Positions 22,099 to 32,275 of a stretch of 64,000 nt of DNA are shown here, in pieces (positions within the stretch are counted from its first letter, which is position 1; every line of letters begins with the position of its first letter). A program made the position numbers and the translations under genes. The stretch is from an uncultured Chloroflexia bacterium (GTDB lineage: Bacteria; Chloroflexota; Anaerolineae; J036; Brachytrichaceae): the NCBI GenBank assembly GCA_963764985.1, contig CAVXUI010000005.1:145569-209568 (forward strand), written 5' to 3'. The notes below the pieces were generated by a model that saw only the letters and a list, made by a program, of their open reading frames with translations, was not told where the DNA came from and did not search any database.

Positions 22099-23613
22099 AT
22101 GACTCGAACCCGTTTTGCCCCGTCACCCACAGGCTTTCTTGCATGTCGGCGCGCATTCGCACCGCGTTGTTTTCCTGGCTGCATGGCCGGACAGGCAGGC
22201 GGCCAGTTTTTCCTGCGGCTCGAGGACACCGATCAGGAGCGCTATGTGCCGACCTCGCCGCGCCAGATCATCGAGAGCTTTCAATGGCTCGGGTTGGCGC
22301 TGGATGGCGGGCCGGATCACGGCGAGCTCAAGAAATGAAGGTGGACGAGGATTTCCCCGGCGCGCTCGGCGATGGCGAGTCCGCGGCATCCCGGGGCCCT
22401 TTGTGCAGTCGCAGCGGCTTGCCGATATACAAAGAGCATGCCGAGCAGCTGATCGCGCCGGCGCGGCCTATCGCGCCAATGAAACGGCGGCAGAACTCGA
22501 GCCGATGCGCAAAGCGGCCGACGCCGAAAAGCGCGGCATTTTGATTCACCGAGGCGTCGCGCGTGCGCACCGCAGATCCACCCGGCCACGCCGCATGTGG
22601 TGCGCTTTGACATGGCGCGATAGCGGCGACACCGTGCTCGACGATGCGATTCTGGGCGACGTCACCTTTCACAACGGCAACCTCGGCTCGGACCCGGTGA
22701 TCCTGAAGAGTGATGGATACGCGACCTATCATCTGGCCGCAATGGTGGATGATCATTTGCAGGGCGTGACGCATGTGGTGCGCAGCCAGGAGTGGCAGCC
22801 CAGCGCGCCGATGCACATCCAGATCATCCAGGCCTTTGGCTGGGAGCTGCCGGTATTTGCGCATGTGCCGCGGGTCAACGGGCACGATGGCAAAAAGCTC
22901 AGCAAGCGCACCGGCGCGCAGAGCGTGTTTGAGTTTCGCGACCAAGGCTATCTGCGCGAGGCCATGCTCAATTTTCTGGCCATGCTGGGCTGGGCGCCAG
23001 GCGGCGGCAGCGAGCAAAATGTGTTCACGCTGGACAATTGATCGCACAGTTTACGCTCGGCCAAGTGGGCAAATCGCCCGCGATGTTTGAATACCCAAAG
23101 CTCGACTGGCTCAACGAGCAGCACATTCAACGGCTGCCTCACGACCGAGCTTGCAGATCGGCTGATTGCCATTTCTCGACAAAGATGGCCTCAAGATCGA
23201 CACGCAGGCCAAACGCGATTTGCTGGTGCGCATCGTGCCGCTGATCAACACGCGCATCAAAAAGCTGACCGAAGCCACGCCATTTATCGACTTCATGTTT
23301 AGCGACATCGCCCCGCCCGCCCGCCGACATGCTGATTGGCCCGAAGATGGAGCAGCATCTGTCGTTGCATGCGCTGCGGGCGTCAAAGGCGTTGATCGAG
23401 GGGCTCGGGCAATTTGACGAAGCCGCGCTGGAAACCGCGTTTCGCGAGCTGGGCGAGGCGTTGCAACTCAAGCCGGCTCAGCTGTTTACGATCATGCGCA
23501 ATGCGGTCAGCGGCAAGTCCGTCACCCCGCCGCTGTTTGGCACCATGGTGGTGCTCGGCCGCGAGACCGTGCTGAAACGGCTGGCAATCGCCGAACAGGT
23601 GTTGTCGGCGTAG
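22099..23613 (+). CDS. gltX: Glutamate--tRNA ligase; at least 5 frame breaks
   Basis: MTRTRFAPSPTGFL.., FFLRLEDTDQERY, ILKSDGYATYHLAAMVDDHLQGVTHVVRSQEWQPSAPMHIQIIQAFGWELPVFAHVP..KLSKR. C-terminal ORF 23329-23613. Confidence 0.85.
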
Positions 23614-23678
23614 GTGGAGCCCACGGTAGGTGGAGCCCACCTTCGAGGTGGGCTCCACCTACCGTGGGCTCCACTTAC
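23610..23678. repeat. 32-bp hairpin made of two 16-nt units per arm; both convergent stop codons lie inside the stem
   Basis: (GTAGGTGGAGCCCACS)x2 at 23610-23641, loop TTCGA, complement at 23647-23678 (1 mismatch). The gltX TAG (23611-23613) and the S8 protease TAA (23675-23677, minus strand) are both in the stem. Confidence 0.85.
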
Positions 23679-25935
23679 GGCGTCGCGCTGAATGCCACGT
23701 CGTCAATCAGCAGGTAGCTGCCATCCTGCTCATCTGCTTCGAACGCAAAACGCAACGAGACGCCGCGTCCGACGTAGGTGCTCAAGTCGATTGACGTTCT
23801 TTGCCATCCCAGCTGCACCGGGTTGCCGGTGTTGTCCAGGGTCTCGCACAGATTGCGCGTGTCGACCACGACACCATCGATCATGACACGCGCAACGTCA
23901 TTCTCAGGGCAAGCACCGCTGACCAACGACTCGCGGCTGATCGTGAGCGCGTAGAACGTCAGATAGCGCGCATCGGCCGGCACCAGCACGCGCTGGTAAA
24001 CGCTGGCGTTTTCGCTGAGGCCGCTGCACGAGCGAAACCAGATCGCAGACTGTCCGCTACGCGGCGCAATTGAGGGCAGCGCGCTCACCCACTGCGGATC
24101 ATCAGACGCGTAAATGCCTTTGAACGCCGCGGTGGACGAAACCTGCCAGGCGGAGAGGCCCGCTTCAAAGTCGCCGTTTGCCAGGTCGGTCGCGGCTGGC
24201 AGTTCAGGCAGCCCGCCGATCAGCGGAATCAGATGTTTAAAAGGCCGTAGAACGCACGAGGCCGGCGCTGTTTGCGCCGGCCCGGTTGAAACTTTCACAG
24301 GACTGTTCATCTTGCCACCGCCGAGCCTGCGGCCCGGCGGTGCTGCGCTGCCCTTGCGGGCAAGCGGCAGGAGAATCTTGTTGTCGAGTGTCGGCAGCGT
24401 ATCGACAAATGTGACTGCGGCAAACGCGTTGGCGATGCCTGGTACCGCAACCGTTGGTGATGCAGTTGCTTCCTGCTTGGAAAGTCGGTCGAGGTGTTTT
24501 GTAAAATCTCGATCACGCGCGGCGTAGTGAGATAGGCGCGCTGCGATAGCATCAGCGATACGATGCCGGCCACATGCGGCGCAGCCATGCTGGTGCCCAC
24601 CTCGAGACCGTAGTTCATCGCTGCCGGCACAGTCGTGCCCGCGTTCAAGGTCGAAATGATGCCGGCGCCGACGGTGGGTGATGCGCCGCCAGGCGCCGCG
24701 ATAGTGACGCGGGTGCCAAAGTTGCTGTAGCTGGCGCGGTTGCCATCGCGCGTCGTAGCGGCAACCGAGACCACGCCGATGCAGTTTGCCGGCCGCGAAG
24801 ACGTGACGTTGAGGTTTTCATTGCCAGCAGCTGCCACGACGACGGCACCGGTTGCCAATACATCGTTCACCGCGAGTTGATAGAACTCGCCGTTGCGATC
24901 GATTTGTCCGTTCGAGAATGTGCGCACTGTGCAGGGCCCGGGGCCGCCCAGGCTCAGATTCAGCACGCGCGCCGGGGTCGGGTTGCGCACAGTGCCGGGC
25001 ACTGTCAAGCCGACGGCCCAGCGCATGCCATCGACAATGTCTGATGTGTAGCCAGCGCCGCATTTTGCCAGCACCCGCACCGGGACGATTTTCGACACCC
25101 AGTTGATGCCGGCCACGCCCTCACCGTTGTTGCCTGCGGCGCCAATCGTGCCTGCTACATGGCTGCCATGCCAGCTGCTGCGCGTCCCGCAACGATAGTA
25201 ATCAGAATTGACATTTGTGGCTTCGGCGCTGCTGACATAGTCCCCCGGGTCGCTTGGATCGGTATCGCGACCGTTGCCATCGCGCGTGAAATCCGGGTCG
25301 GTCGGATCGGAGCTGACCATATCCTGCCCGCCGGTGTAGCGGCCGGCAAAATCAGGGTGCGCTTTCAGAATGCCGGTGTCAAGCACCGCGACATAGATAT
25401 CTTTTGAGCCGGTGATGACGTCCCAGGCGCGTTCGGCATCGATGCCAAAGTCGCCCGAGGCTGGATCGGCAAAATGCCACTGGCTGCCAAACTCGGTGTC
25501 GTCCGGCGTGAATAGCGCATAGAGTTTTTCGTCGACGACGGCGTAATCGACTTCCGGCAGTTCGGACAGCGACGCTGCCATCAGCGCCGCAGCCTCCCCC
25601 GTCACCGGGGCAGCCAGGTTAAACACCTGAGCCTCGCCCGACATATCGCGCGCAAACGTCATGTCTACCCCGATATGCGCACCCATCGTCGCTGCGATGC
25701 GATTCAGCGCCATGCTGCGCTCGAACCCATCTGTCTGCAGCGTGCCAAGCGCGCTGGCGGGCTTGAACTTGACAATCAGCCGGGAGATCTTGTCCGCTCC
25801 TGGTCGCGCATGTTGCGCCGGGCCGCGCGTCTCAACGAAACTGGTCGCATTGGCCGCAGAACGCTCCGCCACACCCGTAACACTGATGGCAGCCGCTATC
25901 GCAAGCAGGCCATGAACAAACGTTTTTCGGTTCAT
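23675..25935 (-). CDS. Secreted S8 (subtilisin-family) serine peptidase with a ~240-aa C-terminal extension; two close frame breaks at ~24440-24480
   Basis: Signal peptide MNRKTFVHGLLAIAAAISV (ATG 25935). Catalytic regions VAVLDTGI, SWHGSHVAGT, GTSMAAPHVAG. After ..TDFP two 1-nt shifts give AGSNCITNGCGTGIANAFAAVTFVDTLP...GGKMNSPVKV, which reads in frame into ORF 23675-24310. Confidence 0.75.
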
Positions 25936-26025
25936 CGTGTATTCCAAATACGCCAACACCCCTTCGTATTGTTGGCGTCCTAATATGCGTTGACAACGCG
26001 TGCGACAAACAGGGTTTCTAAATCT

Positions 26026-26074
26026 GGCGAAATTGCCATATCCCTCGCGGCGCGAGGGATATGGCAATTTCGCC
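26026..26074. repeat. 24-bp hairpin, ATATCCC family (copy 1)
   Basis: GGCGAAATTGCCATATCCCTCGCG (26026-26049) and its exact complement (26051-26074). Lies downstream of queG and upstream of the S8 protease (both on the minus strand). Confidence 0.8.
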
Positions 26075-26144
26075 GCTTTACAACTTTAGTTTTTGTTGCA
26101 CACGTTGACGACGCACTCAAACGACTCGCATTATCTTGTCGCGT

Positions 26145-27197
26145 TCAGATTCTACGCGCAGCCCACGAGGCATGTTGACGTACTACTAATTCTTCGTTGA
26201 CATTCTCAGCAAGCAGCCGCAACGCTGGCGCCAGCGACGCATCGCCACTGTTGCCAGCCGCAACACAGGCGTTGCGGACCAGACCGCGCCGTTTTGCGCG
26301 CGCCAGCGGCGTTTTGCCGAACCGGGCGCGAAAAGCGTCGCCATCGAGCGCCAGCAGGTCCGACAGCAACGGCGCGGCGCGATCGACCGACTCCGGACGA
26401 AACGCCGCGCTTAACGGCGAAGCCGCAGCCCGGCTGAACCGCCGCACATACGGGCACACATCCTGACAGATATCGCAGCCAAACACCCAGTTGCCCATGT
26501 GCGGCCGCAACGCTTCTGGAATTTCACCTTTGAGCTCAATCGTCAAATAGGAAATACAGCGCCGCGCGTCGAGCACGCCAGGTTGCGGGAACGCGGCTGT
26601 CGGACAGGCAGTCAAACAGCGCGTGCATCCGCCGCACGTGATTGTCGAAGGCCGCTCCGGGATCCGCAGCAGGTGCGTGTCATCCATGGCATCGGCGACC
26701 AGCACCACGCCTAAAAACAGAAACGAGCCGCGTTGCCGGTTGATCAGACAGGTGTTTTTGCCGATAAAGCCCAACCCGGCGCGTTCGGCCCAGGCGCGCT
26801 CCAGCACCGCTCCGGTATCGACATACGCGCGTGTTTCTGAATGCACCCAATCGCCAAAGGCGCGCAGCACCGGCGTCATGACATCGTGATAGTCCAGCCC
26901 CCAGGCATAGCGCGCAATGCGTCCGCGGCGCGGGTCGTGCAGCGCCGCGTCCGGGATTGCAAGCGTCTCATAGCTCAAACCGACAACAATCGCAGATTGT
27001 GCGCCGCCGAGAATCTTGCGCGGATCCAACCGTTTTTCCACTGCATCGGCGCGCGCCAGATAGCCCATCTCGCCGTGCTGGCCGGCTTCCAGCCACTTCA
27101 CAAATCGCCCGCCGTCCATACCCGGATCCAGCGGCGCAATGCCGACCATGTCGAAACCGAGGGAGAGGGCTTTTTCGGTGATGAGATCGGGGCGCAT
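26145..27197 (-). CDS. queG: tRNA epoxyqueuosine(34) reductase
   Basis: Intact 350-aa ORF with two 4Fe-4S ferredoxin motifs (CGGCTRCLTACPT, CDICQDVCPY) and a HEAT-like C-terminus (VRNACVAAGN). Confidence 0.85.
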   Translation of the reverse strand: MRPDLITEKALSLGFDMVGIAPLDPGMDGGRFVKWLEAGQHGEMGYLARADAVEKRLDPRKILGGAQSAIVVGLSYETLAIPDAALHDPRRGRIARYAWGLDYHDVMTPVLRAFGDWVHSETRAYVDTGAVLERAWAERAGLGFIGKNTCLINRQRGSFLFLGVVLVADAMDDTHLLRIPERPSTITCGGCTRCLTACPTAAFPQPGVLDARRCISYLTIELKGEIPEALRPHMGNWVFGCDICQDVCPYVRRFSRAAASPLSAAFRPESVDRAAPLLSDLLALDGDAFRARFGKTPLARAKRRGLVRNACVAAGNSGDASLAPALRLLAENVNEELVVRQHASWAARRI

Positions 27198-27208
27198 GGG
27201 AAGAAAAG

Positions 27209-27289
27209 GTGCTTAAAGTGCTTAAAGTGCTTAAAGTGCTTAAAGTGCTTAAAGTGCTTAAAGTGCTTAAAGTGCTTAAAGTGCTTAAA
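27209..27289. repeat. Tandem array of nine perfect copies of the 9-nt unit GTGCTTAAA
   Basis: 81 nt, counted directly. Preceded by GGGAAGAAAAG, which abuts the queG start codon (27195-27197 on the minus strand). No inverted partner arm is nearby. Confidence 0.95.
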
Positions 27290-27400
27290 GTCTAACGGGT
27301 TGTGTCGCGCCGTGTCAATGCAATCACCTGCTCTTAAGTGACATGGTAAGTGATGCATCCAGAGTTGAGCGAACAGCCACGCGTGACACGCTCGACGTGT

Positions 27401-27453
27401 CGCCCAACGCGGGTCATCTCTCCGCTTCGCGGAGAGATGACCCGCGTTGGGCG
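27401..27453. repeat. Perfect 25-bp hairpin with a 3-nt loop
   Basis: CGCCCAACGCGGGTCATCTCTCCGC, loop TTC, then GCGGAGAGATGACCCGCGTTGGGCG. Lies in the divergent queG/glcD intergenic region. Confidence 0.85.
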
Positions 27454-27569
27454 AAGTGCTGCTTTCAACGCAGTCAGCCGAACCGCGCCCGCCCGCGCTG
27501 CGCTGATCACCCCAATCGCAGGATGCACCCCGTTAAGCAGCGAAAGCACCTTCTTCGTATACTTACCGC

Positions 27570-29030
27570 ATGTCCCTCCCCGCCTTTATCGCCGATCTCG
27601 CACAGATCTTCCCAAAAGACAGGCTGCTGATGCATGCCGCGGCATTGGCGCCGTATGAGTTCGACGCGTTGGCGGCGTTTCAACAGCGGCCGATCGCCGT
27701 GGTCATCCCCGAGACGCAAGACGAGGTGATTCGCACGCGTCAAAGCGCTGTCACGCGCACGCGGTGCCGTTTGTGTCGCGCGGCAGCGGCACCAGCCTGT
27801 CGGGCGGCTCGTTGCCGGTCAAGGAAGGCATCGTGATCGCGCTCAACCGCTCGAACACGATCTTGCAAAATCGATCATCGAGCAGCGCATCGCGGTGGTT
27901 GAGCCCGGCGTGATCAATCTGGATATCACACGGCGGTGCAGCACGCCGGGTTGCTGTATGCGCCGGACCCAAGCAGCCAGCCGGTTTGCACCATCGGCGG
28001 CAACGTCGCGTTTAACAGCGGCGGCGCGCATTGCCTGAAATATGGCATGACCAGCAACCACGTGCTGGGTCTGAAAGTCGTGCTGCCGGACGGCGAGATG
28101 GCGCAGTTTGGCGGCGCGAGCATGGAAAGCGTCGACGCCGACTGGGTCGGCATGTTTGTCGGCAGCGAGGGCTTGTTTGGCATCGCGCTCGAAATCACCG
28201 TGCGGTTGCTGCCAAAACCCGAAGATCTACAAGACCGTGCTGGCGGCCTATCACAGCCTGGAAGCAGCCGGCGACGCGGTCTCAATGGTGATCGCCTCCG
28301 GATTGCTGCCCGGCGCAATCGAGATCATGGATGACGCTGTCGATCCAGGCGGCCGAAGCGGCGGTGCAAACCGGGCTATCCGCTCGACGCCGCCGCGCTG
28401 CTGATCGTCGAACTCGAAGGCGAGCGCGCGCAGGTCGAAAGCTGAATGGGCGCGGCTGGAGCCGATCATCAATGCATCGAACGCGTATTCGATCAAGATC
28501 GCGCGCAACGAAGAAGAGCGCGCAAAAATCTGGAAGGGCCGCAAGAGCTCGTTCTCGCGCGGTGGGCCGGCTCAGCCCGGACTACATCGTGCAGGACGGC
28601 GTGGTGCCGCGCAGCCGGCTGGGTGAAGCGCTCAAAGAGATCGAAGCCATCAGCGCGCAAACACGGGCTGCGCGTGGCCAACGTCTTTCACGCCGGCGAT
28701 GGCAATTTGCACCCGCTGATCCTGTTCAACGCCAAAAACGACGGTGAGTTTCACCGCGCCGAACTGCGTCAGCAGCGACATCATCGATCTGTGCATCCGG
28801 CTTGGCGGCTCCATCACCGGCGAGCACGGCGTCGGCGTGGAGAAGCGCGAATATATGCCGCGCCAGTTTGAGCGAGATCAGACATGGATGCGATGTGGCG
28901 CATGCGCATCGGCGTCGACCCAAAGGACATCGCCAACCGCGGCAAGGTATTCCCGTACAGGCGAAGCGCCGGCATTGCGCATGTCGGCATGCATCCGCTG
29001 GAGAAGGCCGGCGTGATCTCTCGCGAATAA
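27570..29030 (+). CDS. glcD: Glycolate oxidase subunit GlcD (FAD-linked oxidase); at least 5 frame breaks
   Basis: Pieces: ORF 27570-27836 ([13 protein letters not shown]), ORF 27936-28334 ([51 protein letters not shown]), ORF 28446-28871 ([14 protein letters not shown]), ORF 28744-29016 ([15 protein letters not shown]). TAA at 29028-29030. Confidence 0.8.
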
Positions 29031-29034
29031 GACC

Positions 29035-30107
29035 ATGCAACAGATCATTGAACGACTGCGCGCATCCGTGCGCGATGCCAGCGCGCGTGCGCGTCTGCGG
29101 CGCGCACACAAAACAAGCACATCATCGACGGCGCAACCGAGCTGGATCATCAGCAAGCTGCGCGGCGTGCATCGACTACCAGCCCAGCGAATACATCATT
29201 CAGGCGTATGCCGGCACGCCGGTGCGCGAAATCGCGGCGATGCTGGCGGAGCACGGGCAGTATCTGCCGTTTGACCCGCTGCTGGTCGAACATGGGGCAA
29301 CGCTGGGCGGCACGGTGGCGGCAAACGCCTCCGGCCCGGAGCGTTATCGATATGGCGGCGTGCGCGACTTTATCGTCGGCTGTCACTATATCGACGGCAC
29401 GCGGCGAGCTGCTCAGCGGCGGCGGCAAAGTTGTCAAAAACGCGGCCGGGTTTGACTATCCAAAGCTGTTTGTCGGCAGCCTGGGCGCGCTCGGCGTGTT
29501 GACCGATGTGTGCTTCAAAGTCTTTCCGCGGCCCGAAACCTACAACACCCTGCGCATCTCGTTCCGCGCGATTCAGCACGCCCTCGATGCGATGACGAAA
29601 GTTGCGTTGGCGCCGCTGGATGTGCATGCGCTCGATATTGCGGCGACATCGACCGACTACACACTCGAAATTCGCGTGGGCGGGCTTGAGAACGGCATCG
29701 CCAAACGCATGGAACGCATCGAACACATGGCGGGCGGCGGCACGCGATTGACCGAGACGGCCGAAGCCGCGCACTGGCGCACTGTGCGAGAGCTCACCTG
29801 GCGCAACCCGCGCAGCACGCTGGTCAAAGTGCCGGTGACGCCGGCGGCCATCAGCACGCATGAGCCACGCTGGCGCGAATACGGTTTGCGGCGCTACAGC
29901 GTCAGCGGCAATGTGGCCTGGATCGAGGTGATGCCAGGCAGTTTGGAGCGCCTGTCCGATGACCTGGCACAACACGGGTTGAGCGGGTTGGCATTTAGCG
30001 GGCCAAGCGCGCTAAAACGGCTGGGCGTGCAACGCTCCAATCCATTCGCCGACCGCGTGCGCGCGGTCTTGGATCCAAACAGGAAGTTCGCGCGCCTGGG
30101 CGCTTAG
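29035..30107 (+). CDS. glcE: Glycolate oxidase FAD-binding subunit GlcE; at least 2 frame breaks
   Basis: ATG lies 4 nt after the glcD stop. ORF 29208-30107 contains [39 protein letters not shown] and [28 protein letters not shown]. Confidence 0.75.
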
Positions 30108-30132
30108 GAGTCGCGCCAGAATAATTTAATAA

Positions 30133-30179
30133 GGCGATTTCGCATATCCCCCGCAAAGCGGGGGATATGCGAAATCGCC
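30133..30179. repeat. 22-bp hairpin, ATATCCC family (copy 2), between convergent glcE and NUDIX genes
   Basis: GGCGATTTCGCATATCCCCCGC, loop AAA, then GCGGGGGATATGCGAAATCGCC. Related in sequence to the arm at 26026-26049. Confidence 0.8.
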
Positions 30180-30204
30180 CATCAACTTATTTTGACGTGC
30201 GCCC

Positions 30205-30966
30205 TTAGTGTCGCGAGATCGAATAGATCTCAGTCTTGGTCGGATCCATCGTCATGCCGTCGATGGTGGTTGGCTGCGAGCCAACGCCCTCAAGCGCGGC
30301 GCGCACGATGTGCTTGTTAAAAGCATGAATGTGCTCGCCTGCCAGATACTCATCGACCGGCATCCAGCGCGCATCGGCGATCTCGTTGGGATCGGCTTCA
30401 ATCTCGTGCGAGAGCGGCGTCAGCCGGCAGACAAAGTAAAAATCCGATTTGCCAAACCGATAGCCGTGCTGATGCCGGAAACACACAACCGAGTCAAAAC
30501 GCGTGCGGATGCCGGTTTCTTCAAAGACTTCGCGCATCACGCCATCGGCCAGATGCTCGCCTGGATCGATCAGGCCACCCGGCATCTTGAAGAAGTTGGG
30601 GCGGTCTTTTGCGTGATAACGCTCGACAATCACCAGAACTTCGCGCTGCTCGTTGATCACGACCGCGCCCGCGCCGATGAAATGCGAGGCATCTGATGGA
30701 ACAAACGCGCCGTCTCGCAACTGGCGCGTCAGCATCAGATATGCCGCGTTTGCGTGATGAAACACGAAGCCCTGCGCCACTGCATGCGGCACATAAGTCA
30801 CAAACGAAATTGGCAGCTTCAGCCAGGCCAGCCGGAACCCGCCCTCAACCCAATGCGCAACAGACGTCTGCAGCTGTTCAACAAATATCTCGAGCGCCGC
30901 GGGCAGCGCCTCCGGGTTAACGGTCACGCCGCCAAACGGATCGGTTGTGTATTCAAAATGTGCCAT
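30205..30966 (-). CDS. NUDIX hydrolase (Nudt6-like, with an N-terminal accessory domain)
   Basis: Nudix box GGLIDPGEHLADGVMREVFEETGI. The likely start is ATG 30966 (MAHFEYTTDPFGG), because the longer ORF start at 31011 lies inside the IS terminal repeat. Confidence 0.8.
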   Translation of the reverse strand: MAHFEYTTDPFGGVTVNPEALPAALEIFVEQLQTSVAHWVEGGFRLAWLKLPISFVTYVPHAVAQGFVFHHANAAYLMLTRQLRDGAFVPSDASHFIGAGAVVINEQREVLVIVERYHAKDRPNFFKMPGGLIDPGEHLADGVMREVFEETGIRTRFDSVVCFRHQHGYRFGKSDFYFVCRLTPLSHEIEADPNEIADARWMPVDEYLAGEHIHAFNKHIVRAALEGVGSQPTTIDGMTMDPTKTEIYSISRH

Positions 30967-30999
30967 GCAAGACAGCATTATGCAGGAAGAAAGTGCTTT

Positions 31000-32095
31000 A
31001 GGCCTTGTCAAAAATAACCGCTACAAGTTAGGGAGCGGGTCGGTAGCATAGCTGGATATGCAGGAGCCGATCAAACGGAAGTATCTGCGATTGGTATCGA
31101 CGCTGAATGAACGGGAACGGCGGCTGTGGGCGACAAATGAAGCCAAGACAATGGGTTACGGCGGTGTGAGTCTGGTATCGCGGGCATCGGGTATTTCGCG
31201 TAGTGCGATACACACAGGCCTCACCGAGCTCAAGGAATTGAACAGCTTTGGCAATCTGCTGGACGATCGGATACGAAAGCTTGGTGGCGGACGTAAGCAT
31301 CTGACTCAGCAATACCCGCGACTGAACGACGAGTTACTGAAGCTGGTTGAACCACAAACACGTGGAGACCCGAAGTCAGCGTTGTGCTGGGTAGCAAAAA
31401 GCAGCCGCGCGCTGGCGACTGAGCTTGAAGCCAAGGGGATTGCAGTGTGTCATCAGAGCGTTTGTGCCGTACTCAGCGCGGCAGGTTACAGCTTGCAGGC
31501 CAATCAAAAGACGCTTGGGAAAGGGATTCCAGATGGCGTCTATGACATCCAAGCAAACGAAGCATGGGTCAGTGTGGGCAACGATCACGACACCGCCCAA
31601 TTTGCAGTAGCCAGCTTGCAGGCGTGGTGGCGCAACATGGGGCAACAGCGATACGGTGACATCAACGGCATTTTGATCACAGCCGACAGCGGTGGCAGCA
31701 ATGGAAATCGATCACGGTTGTGAAAGTTGTCGTTGCAAGAGTGGGTAAATCAAATGGGCGTGCCAGTCAGCGTGTGTCATTACCCACAAGGAACAAGCAA
31801 GTGGAATCGTATTGAGCACAGGCTATTCAGCCAAATCACCCTCAACTGGCGTGGTCGCCCACTAACCAGCATTGAGTTGATCGTCAACTTGATACAGAAC
31901 ACGACGACTCAAACGGGCTTGTGCGTCAACGTCGCGCTCGATCCGGGCAAGTATCCGACAGGAACCAAAGTGTCCGATGCAGACTATGCAATGATACGTT
32001 TGCGCCAAGCCGCATTTCATGGCGAATGGAATTACACGACTTTGCCAGTGGCTTGAAGTATGGAAGTTGTAGCACTTATTGTTTGACAAGGCCTT
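31000..32095 (+). mobile_element. Decayed ISAzo13-like insertion sequence
   Basis: Terminal inverted repeats AGGCCTTGTCAAAAATAACCGCTACAAG (from 31000) and the reverse complement of ..TTGTAGCACTTATTGTTTGACAAGGCCT (to 32094). The first 13 nt are identical, with about 28 of 33 matching overall. TA dinucleotides abut both ends. GC is visibly lower than in the flanks. Confidence 0.75.
31058..32056 (+). pseudogene. ISAzo13-family DDE transposase, frameshifted and internally deleted
   Basis: ORFs 31058-31723 and 31727-32056: RLWATNEAKTMGYGGVSLVSRASGISRSAI, WVSVGNDHDTAQFAVASLQAWW, ITADSGGSNGNRSRL / VCHYPQGTSKWNRIEHRLFSQITLNWRGRPL. The junction ANQKTLGKGIPDGVYD skips about 70 residues found in full-length family members (~450 aa). 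Confidence 0.75.
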
Positions 32096-32275
32096 AGCGC
32101 CCGGAGTGCATAACTCTCAGGCGAATCCCAGCGAAGCCGCCGGGCGGCACGCCGCCTTTGCCATGGCTAGCCCGGGACCTCGGTCCCGGGGGGCGCGACT
32201 TTTGCGCTTTGCCGTCTTCTAGACTAAAGTTGTGTTCAACCACACACCGCCGCACATTCACGCAAACGAGGGCCC

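Noticed and set aside
27209-27289. Possible CRISPR array.
   Set aside because: The nine 9-nt units are contiguous with no spacers, the unit is far too short, and there are no cas genes. It is a simple tandem repeat related to the hairpin-arm units.
29035-30205. Missing glcF after glcDE as a sign of a novel two-subunit glycolate oxidase.
   Set aside because: The Fe-S subunit may simply be encoded elsewhere, and this cannot be judged from a single window.
32096-32275. tRNA or small ncRNA in the unassigned 180 bp between the IS and the prsW-like gene.
   Set aside because: No cloverleaf-compatible arms or T-loop (GTTCRANNC) are visible, only a short GGGACC/GGTCCC stem. It is probably leftover promoter sequence displaced by the IS.
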